10,626 bases of DNA from Campylobacterota bacterium (GTDB lineage Bacteria > Campylobacterota > Campylobacteria > Campylobacterales > Sulfurimonadaceae). Location: positions 1-10,626 of the forward strand of contig JAYEKO010000066.1 in assembly GCA_034661055.1 (NCBI GenBank), given 5' to 3'. A model generated the notes under the pieces. The model had not been told where the DNA came from. It was given only the letters and a program-made list of their open reading frames with translations, and did no database searches. This document shows, one piece after another, positions 5,808-10,626 of the stretch (positions are counted from its first letter, which is position 1; each line of letters begins with the position of its first letter). The translations under genes were made by a program, and so were the position numbers.

Positions 5808-7157
5808 ATGAAAATAGAAAAAAAAATGACATTAACAACAAAAGTACTTCTTGGAATGGTACTTGGTATTATTGTCGGTTTAATTATTAATTATAGTGGA
5901 CTAAATGCCAACAATACTTTTGTTGGTAATTATGTTGTTGATGGTCTGTTTCACATCATGGGAACCATGTTTATTACAGCCCTTAAGATGCTGGTGGTCC
6001 CTTTGGTGATTTTCTCTTTAATAACAGGAGTTTTAGGTATTGGTGACATCTCATCGCTTGGTCGAGTCGGATTAAAATCATTTGCACTCTATCTTTTAAC
6101 AACGGCTATTGCTATTGCTACCGCTATTAGTGTTGCCGCTGTTATTGGAGTAGGGCAAGATGCCAACTTAACATCTGCTACAGTGTTTACCGGTAAAGAT
6201 GCGCCACCACTTTCAGACGTCTTAATTAATATTGTACCCTCTAATGTCATTGATGCTATGGCTTCGGGTAATATGCTACAGATTATTTTCTTCTCAATAT
6301 TGCTAGGAATATCTATTTTAATGCTTGGGAAAAAAGCCAAGCCGCTAGTTGAGCCTATTGAGCTGATTAATGAAGTGATGATGAACATGGTAAATATTGT
6401 TATGAGTGTTGCACCATATGCAGTATTTGCACTGATTGCTAAAGCAATAGCTGACTTGGGTCTTGATCTACTTGTTGAGCTCGCCTCTTATGTCCTTGTT
6501 TTAATTGCGGCACTTTTAATACATCTTTTTGTCTCACTTAGTACCATTTTAAAAATTTTTACTCGATTAAGCCCGGTAGTGCTAATGAAAAAACTGCGTA
6601 GTGTTCAAATCTTTGCCTTTAGTACCTCAAGCTCTAACGCAACCATTCCAATTACTCTAAAAACAGTCACCGATAGACTCGGAGTCAATAACTCTGTTGC
6701 CTCGTTTACTGTTCCCTTTGGTGCGACTATTAACATGGATGGAACTGCTATTATGCAAGGAGTTGCTACGGTTTTCATTGCTAATGCTTATGGAGTGGAG
6801 TTGGGAATTGCTGGCTATTTAACTGTTATTTTAATGTCTGTCTTGGCCTCCATTGGTACCGCTGGTGTTCCAGGAGTAGGGCTTATTATGCTCTCGATGG
6901 TATTTACTCAAGTTGGACTTCCGCTTGAGGGAATCGGACTGATTTTAGGAGTTGATAGACTGCTTGATATGGTTCGTACTGCGGTCAATGTCTCAGGCGA
7001 TGCTACCGTCTCTGTCATTGTTGCTAGAAGTGAGAAGCAGTTAGATGAGCACTGTTTTAATGATCCAAAAGCAGGGCTAGTTCAAGAGATAGATATTGAC
7101 AGCAGTGCGGAGCATGATATTGCAGATATTATAGAAGAGACACACAGTAAAAAATAA
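5808..7157 (+). CDS. Dicarboxylate/amino acid:cation symporter (DAACS, GltP/GltT family)
   Basis: LKMLVVPLV, FSTSSSNATIP serine motif, GATINMDGTA, SIGTAGVPG and VDRLLDMVRTAVNVSGD. RBS GAGGA at 5797-5801. Confidence 0.95.
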   Translation: MKIEKKMTLTTKVLLGMVLGIIVGLIINYSGLNANNTFVGNYVVDGLFHIMGTMFITALKMLVVPLVIFSLITGVLGIGDISSLGRVGLKSFALYLLTTAIAIATAISVAAVIGVGQDANLTSATVFTGKDAPPLSDVLINIVPSNVIDAMASGNMLQIIFFSILLGISILMLGKKAKPLVEPIELINEVMMNMVNIVMSVAPYAVFALIAKAIADLGLDLLVELASYVLVLIAALLIHLFVSLSTILKIFTRLSPVVLMKKLRSVQIFAFSTSSSNATIPITLKTVTDRLGVNNSVASFTVPFGATINMDGTAIMQGVATVFIANAYGVELGIAGYLTVILMSVLASIGTAGVPGVGLIMLSMVFTQVGLPLEGIGLILGVDRLLDMVRTAVNVSGDATVSVIVARSEKQLDEHCFNDPKAGLVQEIDIDSSAEHDIADIIEETHSKK

Positions 7158-7158
7158 T

Positions 7159-8301
7159 ATGACAAAAGATATAATTAACAGTATTAATACACCTTGTTAT
7201 GTCTGTGAAGAAGCTCTGCTGGAGCGTAATCTTAAAATTTTAGACGATGTACAGCAACGCAGTGGTGCTAAAATTATCTTGGCACTTAAAGGGTTTGCCA
7301 TGCATTCCACTTTTCCTTTAGTCAAGCAATATTTAAAAGGTGCAACCGCTAGTGGACTTCATGAAGCAAAACTAGCTTATGATAAAATGGGAGGGGAGCT
7401 GCACACCTACTCACCCGCTTTTAATGAAGAAGATATTAATGAGATTGCTACAATTTCTGATCACATTGTCTTTAATTCACCAGCACAATTAGATAAATAC
7501 CATTTACATGTAAAAAAAATAAATCCCAACATTTCTGTTTCATTGCGTGTTAATCCTGAGGTTTCATCATCACCTGTAGATCTGTATAATCCTTGTGGGC
7601 TCTACAGTCGGTTAGGAACTACTATTGGAAATTTTGATGTTTCACAACTTCAATATCTTGATGGTTTAAACTTTCATGCACTGTGTGAGCAAAATGTAGA
7701 TGCACTTGAAGGGGTGTTAGAAGCATTTGAGGAAAAATTTGGAGACTTTATAGACACTATGAAGTATGTCAACTTTGGAGGAGGACACCATATTACTAAA
7801 ACAGATTATGATGTTGAACGTCTCATAGATGTAATAAAAGCATTTAAAGCTCGTCATAATAACATTGAAGTCTATTTAGAACCTGGCGAAGCTGTCGGTT
7901 GGGAGACTGGGTTTTTAGTTGCTTCTGTTTTAGATATTGTAAATAACGGCATGAATATTGCCATTTTAGACACCTCTGCTGAAGCTCATATGCCAGATAC
8001 TTTGGCTATGCCGTACCGTGTTATGGTTAGAGGAAGCGCTGAGGCTGGCGTAAAAGCACACACCTACAGACTTGCTGGAAACACCTGTTTGGCGGGTGAT
8101 ATTATGGGAGACTACTCCTTTGATGAGCCACTAAAAATTGGTGATAAAATTATTTTTGAAGATCAGATTCACTACACGTTTGTTAAAAATACTACATTTA
8201 ACGGTATTAAGCTTCCTTCATTAGCCATTTGGGGGAGTGATGAGAAATTACATGTAATTAAAGAGTTTGGGTATGAAGAGTACCTAGAAAGACTCTCTTA
8301 A
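7159..8301 (+). CDS. nspC: Carboxynorspermidine/carboxyspermidine decarboxylase
   Basis: TPCYV, LALKGF (PLP lysine), YNPC...SRLG, FHALCEQ, NFGGGH, EPGEA, GNTCLAGD and HYTFVKNTTFNG. 380 aa. Confidence 0.95.
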   Translation: MTKDIINSINTPCYVCEEALLERNLKILDDVQQRSGAKIILALKGFAMHSTFPLVKQYLKGATASGLHEAKLAYDKMGGELHTYSPAFNEEDINEIATISDHIVFNSPAQLDKYHLHVKKINPNISVSLRVNPEVSSSPVDLYNPCGLYSRLGTTIGNFDVSQLQYLDGLNFHALCEQNVDALEGVLEAFEEKFGDFIDTMKYVNFGGGHHITKTDYDVERLIDVIKAFKARHNNIEVYLEPGEAVGWETGFLVASVLDIVNNGMNIAILDTSAEAHMPDTLAMPYRVMVRGSAEAGVKAHTYRLAGNTCLAGDIMGDYSFDEPLKIGDKIIFEDQIHYTFVKNTTFNGIKLPSLAIWGSDEKLHVIKEFGYEEYLERLS

Positions 8302-9380
8302 ATTAGCTTCTCTTTAAGTTCTGCAACAATCTCTTTTTGACGTTGAATCAGATACTTACTAATGTCAGATTCAACTGCGGCCGAGAGATCTAGTTTAAAA
8401 TGGTACTTAAATCCGGTCTCAAATCGTGAGACATGAATGAGTTCTGCGTTAAGATGAAGTATTTTTCCACAGAGTATATCTGGAATTTTAATGGTGACAA
8501 CTTCATAGAGTTCAAGTTTAAAATCACGTGATGAGACTACAGCGGCACCACCAACAGAGATATCAAAGAGTGTAGCAGTAAAATTATTGATCAAAATATT
8601 GGTTTTAATCTCAGGATAAACACGAACGGTTTGACGTTTATGAATTACTGAAGAGAGCTGATCAAACTGAGATAACTCCAGTAAATCATGCTTTTTAAAT
8701 ACACGTGATTTTACATTAGCATAGAGATCTGATCCAAATTCGCTTTCACATAAAATGTAGATTCCTCCCTGAAAGCTTGCCGCAATATTTTGCAGTGCAT
8801 GGGCTTTGATGAGTACTTTTGTAGCAGATGTGTGTACAACTTTGGCACTAAACTCAATGGGAATACCATTGTAGGTGTTGAGTACTCTAATTTTATTGCC
8901 TTGTTGTCGTATGGACTCTAAAAAATTAATGGCGATATCATCAGGCATAATATCGATACGATCTTCTACTAGTTCTCTATGTACCGGAGTAATGGACTGT
9001 GACGCTTTAATGAAATTGTCAATAGCAACAGTGATGGTATTTATATTACTCCATGTTGATAAATTTTGAATATGTGATTGACTGTAGTCACTTAAAAATG
9101 TGAAGAAAAGGTCTGAAAGCAACGCTTGCGTAGTTGCTTTTTTCTTTAAATAGTGGGTTAGATGTTGTAGTGTTGAAGTTATGTCTATGGATTTATTTGT
9201 AAAGAAATGCTCGTAAATTATAATAGCGACTTTGATTTTATCATCTCGAGTGAATGAACTCTTTACATAATGTTCACATAGTGATAAAAAAGATTTAACA
9301 AATTGGTGCTTATATTTTTTAATAGAGAAGTTTTTATGTTCAATAAGTGATAAGTAGCTCTTTTTATCTGCAATATTCAT
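8298..9380 (-). CDS. PilZ-domain protein (putative c-di-GMP receptor) with uncharacterised N-terminal region
   Basis: RQTVR (RxxxR) followed by DISVGG (DxSxxG) near the C-terminus, and LNTYNGIPI as in Campylobacterota PilZ proteins. Its stop codon overlaps the nspC stop (TTAA 8298-8301). Confidence 0.85.
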   Translation of the reverse strand: MNIADKKSYLSLIEHKNFSIKKYKHQFVKSFLSLCEHYVKSSFTRDDKIKVAIIIYEHFFTNKSIDITSTLQHLTHYLKKKATTQALLSDLFFTFLSDYSQSHIQNLSTWSNINTITVAIDNFIKASQSITPVHRELVEDRIDIMPDDIAINFLESIRQQGNKIRVLNTYNGIPIEFSAKVVHTSATKVLIKAHALQNIAASFQGGIYILCESEFGSDLYANVKSRVFKKHDLLELSQFDQLSSVIHKRQTVRVYPEIKTNILINNFTATLFDISVGGAAVVSSRDFKLELYEVVTIKIPDILCGKILHLNAELIHVSRFETGFKYHFKLDLSAAVESDISKYLIQRQKEIVAELKEKLI

Positions 9381-9411
9381 AAAATCCCTGGTCGTTTAAA
9401 AATGTTAAGTT

Positions 9412-9420
9412 ATTGTAGCA
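9412..9420 (-). promoter_or_regulatory. Putative extended -10 promoter (TGcTACAAT) for the PilZ gene
   Basis: The reverse complement of attgtagca is TGCTACAAT, 31 nt upstream of the ATG, with a TAAG further upstream as is common in Campylobacterota RpoD promoters. Confidence 0.5.
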
Positions 9421-9456
9421 GGTAGGGCTTATAGAATAATAAAGGGCACCTCTAAA

Positions 9457-10035
9457 TTACTTATTTTTAAAAAAGGTACTCATGGTATTAAAGAACATCT
9501 TCATTACACTATTGTTTTCAATAGCTTTATCAATAAAATTATCATAGGTAGTTTGCTTCTCTTCTAAGAATCCTCGTAAATATTTTTCTGAAGCATCAAC
9601 ACCATTAAGTTGTTCAATCTCTAGTAGTTTGTTGTATAAATCTGAGATGATTTTAATGGTATTTGGGCGTGCTGCTTGACGATAGGCAAGATAACCGACA
9701 ATTGTGTTGTCAAATGGATGGCGTTTAATATCAAACTTGGTAGTGACCCAGTAATGCTCACCGCTCTTAGCTAAATTTTTTACAACTGCATGTATATGTT
9801 GACCACTTTTAAGACGTAACCACATCAATTTAAAAATAATAGCAGGCATATCGGGATGGCGAATAATATTGTGATTGGCACCAATGAGTTCTTTTGTGTT
9901 GTAGCCTGAAATTTTTGTAAAATAGTCATTGGCATACTCAATATGTCCGCGAACATCAGTTCTGCTCATAATATATTTGTACTTATCGAGCTTAATCTGC
10001 CTATTTACTGGTGTAGGTGGTATTGTAGTTATCAT
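9457..10035 (-). CDS. Stand-alone Aer/CetB-type PAS-domain sensor, putatively FAD-binding
   Basis: SRTDVRGHIEYANDYF.KISGY..KELIGANHNIIRHPDMP...F..MW..L.SG.....VKNLAKSGEHYWV matches the Aer PAS pattern. No TM or MCP signalling domain. RBS AAGGA. Confidence 0.88.
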   Translation of the reverse strand: MITTIPPTPVNRQIKLDKYKYIMSRTDVRGHIEYANDYFTKISGYNTKELIGANHNIIRHPDMPAIIFKLMWLRLKSGQHIHAVVKNLAKSGEHYWVTTKFDIKRHPFDNTIVGYLAYRQAARPNTIKIISDLYNKLLEIEQLNGVDASEKYLRGFLEEKQTTYDNFIDKAIENNSVMKMFFNTMSTFFKNK

Positions 10036-10083
10036 AATAGTTCCTTGCCTATTATTCTAACTAAACAATGTGGTTGAAATGTG

Positions 10084-10626
10084 TTAAAACTCTATGGAAG
10101 CTCTTAGTGCATTGATATAGCTCTGTGTTTTGGCAATATTTTTATAGGCAATATCAAAAGCCGTACCGTGATCAACTGAAGTCCTAACAATAGGAAGGTT
10201 AAGGGATACATTAATACTCTCATCAAAGTAGAGCGCTTTTAGAGGTGCTAAACCTTGGTCGTGATACATCGCAATAAAATACATGTATTTCTCTCTAACA
10301 TCAGGTGTAAAGGCTACATCTGGAACTATTGGACCTTTAAATACCGTATAATCAAGCTCACTATTAATGGTGTTGATTGCCTCTACAATAAAATACTCTT
10401 CATCACCAAGAACACCATTATCTCCAGCATGTGGGTTTAGACCTAAAACAGCAACATTTTGAGCATTTGTACTTTTAATAAAATCTCTAAAAAAAGTCTT
10501 CAGTCGCTCTGTTGTAATAGCGAGAGCCACCTCTTTTAGTGGGATGTGTTCAGTAACAAGAGCAACGTACATCTGCTTACATCCAAGCATCATTATGGCA
10601 TCTTTACTGAAGTAGTCACGAAGCAT
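10084..10626 (-). CDS. pdxA: 4-hydroxythreonine-4-phosphate dehydrogenase, C-terminal part (5' end outside the window)
   Basis: LVTEHIPL, GLNPHAGDNG, AMYHDQGLAPLK and RTSVDHGTAFDIA motifs. The ORF runs off the window edge. Confidence 0.95.
   Translation of the reverse strand: MLRDYFSKDAIMMLGCKQMYVALVTEHIPLKEVALAITTERLKTFFRDFIKSTNAQNVAVLGLNPHAGDNGVLGDEEYFIVEAINTINSELDYTVFKGPIVPDVAFTPDVREKYMYFIAMYHDQGLAPLKALYFDESINVSLNLPIVRTSVDHGTAFDIAYKNIAKTQSYINALRASIEF

Noticed and set aside
5818..5826. A9 tract near the symporter start as a phase-variation site
   Set aside because: It encodes EKKM in an AT-rich genome, the gene is in frame, and Campylobacterota contingency tracts are usually poly-G/C.
6089..6388. 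99-aa minus-strand ORF
   Set aside because: Antisense shadow of the DAACS gene.
8875..9069. 64-aa plus-strand ORF
   Set aside because: Antisense to the PilZ gene, with no motif.
10255..10440. 61-aa plus-strand ORF
   Set aside because: Antisense to conserved pdxA.
1..10626. CRISPR array, tRNA/rRNA, IS element or long repeats
   Set aside because: Intergenic gaps are at most 165 nt, and no repeat-spacer pattern, cloverleaf, terminal inverted repeats or transposase were seen by eye.

Overview
AT-rich, gene-dense bacterial window. The gene content (PglB-type OST, NspC, CetB-like PAS protein, PdxA, ComEA style) points to Campylobacterota, probably Sulfurimonas/Sulfurovum-like; this is inference. 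The first gene is cut by the window edge and is longer than the ORF track shows: frame 3 is open from base 3 and encodes a ComEA-type helix-hairpin-helix DNA-binding domain fused in frame to a minimal, tail-less ZorA/MotA/ExbB-type 3-TM domain. It overlaps a type II ZorB-like (MotB/OmpA) gene, and no zorC/D/E effector follows. Next come a GT4 (WbaZ-like) glycosyltransferase and a WbaP-class phosphoglycosyl transferase, converging on a short, divergent PglB/STT3 oligosaccharyltransferase. Then a DAACS symporter plus nspC on +, and on - the 3' part of pdxA, a stand-alone Aer/CetB-type PAS protein and a PilZ protein. Best candidate for a new system: the ComEA-ZorA fusion with ZorB, possibly an ion-driven motor carrying periplasmic DNA-binding domains. 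Second: a compact non-canonical N-glycosylation cassette. No RNA genes, CRISPR arrays or transposases were seen.
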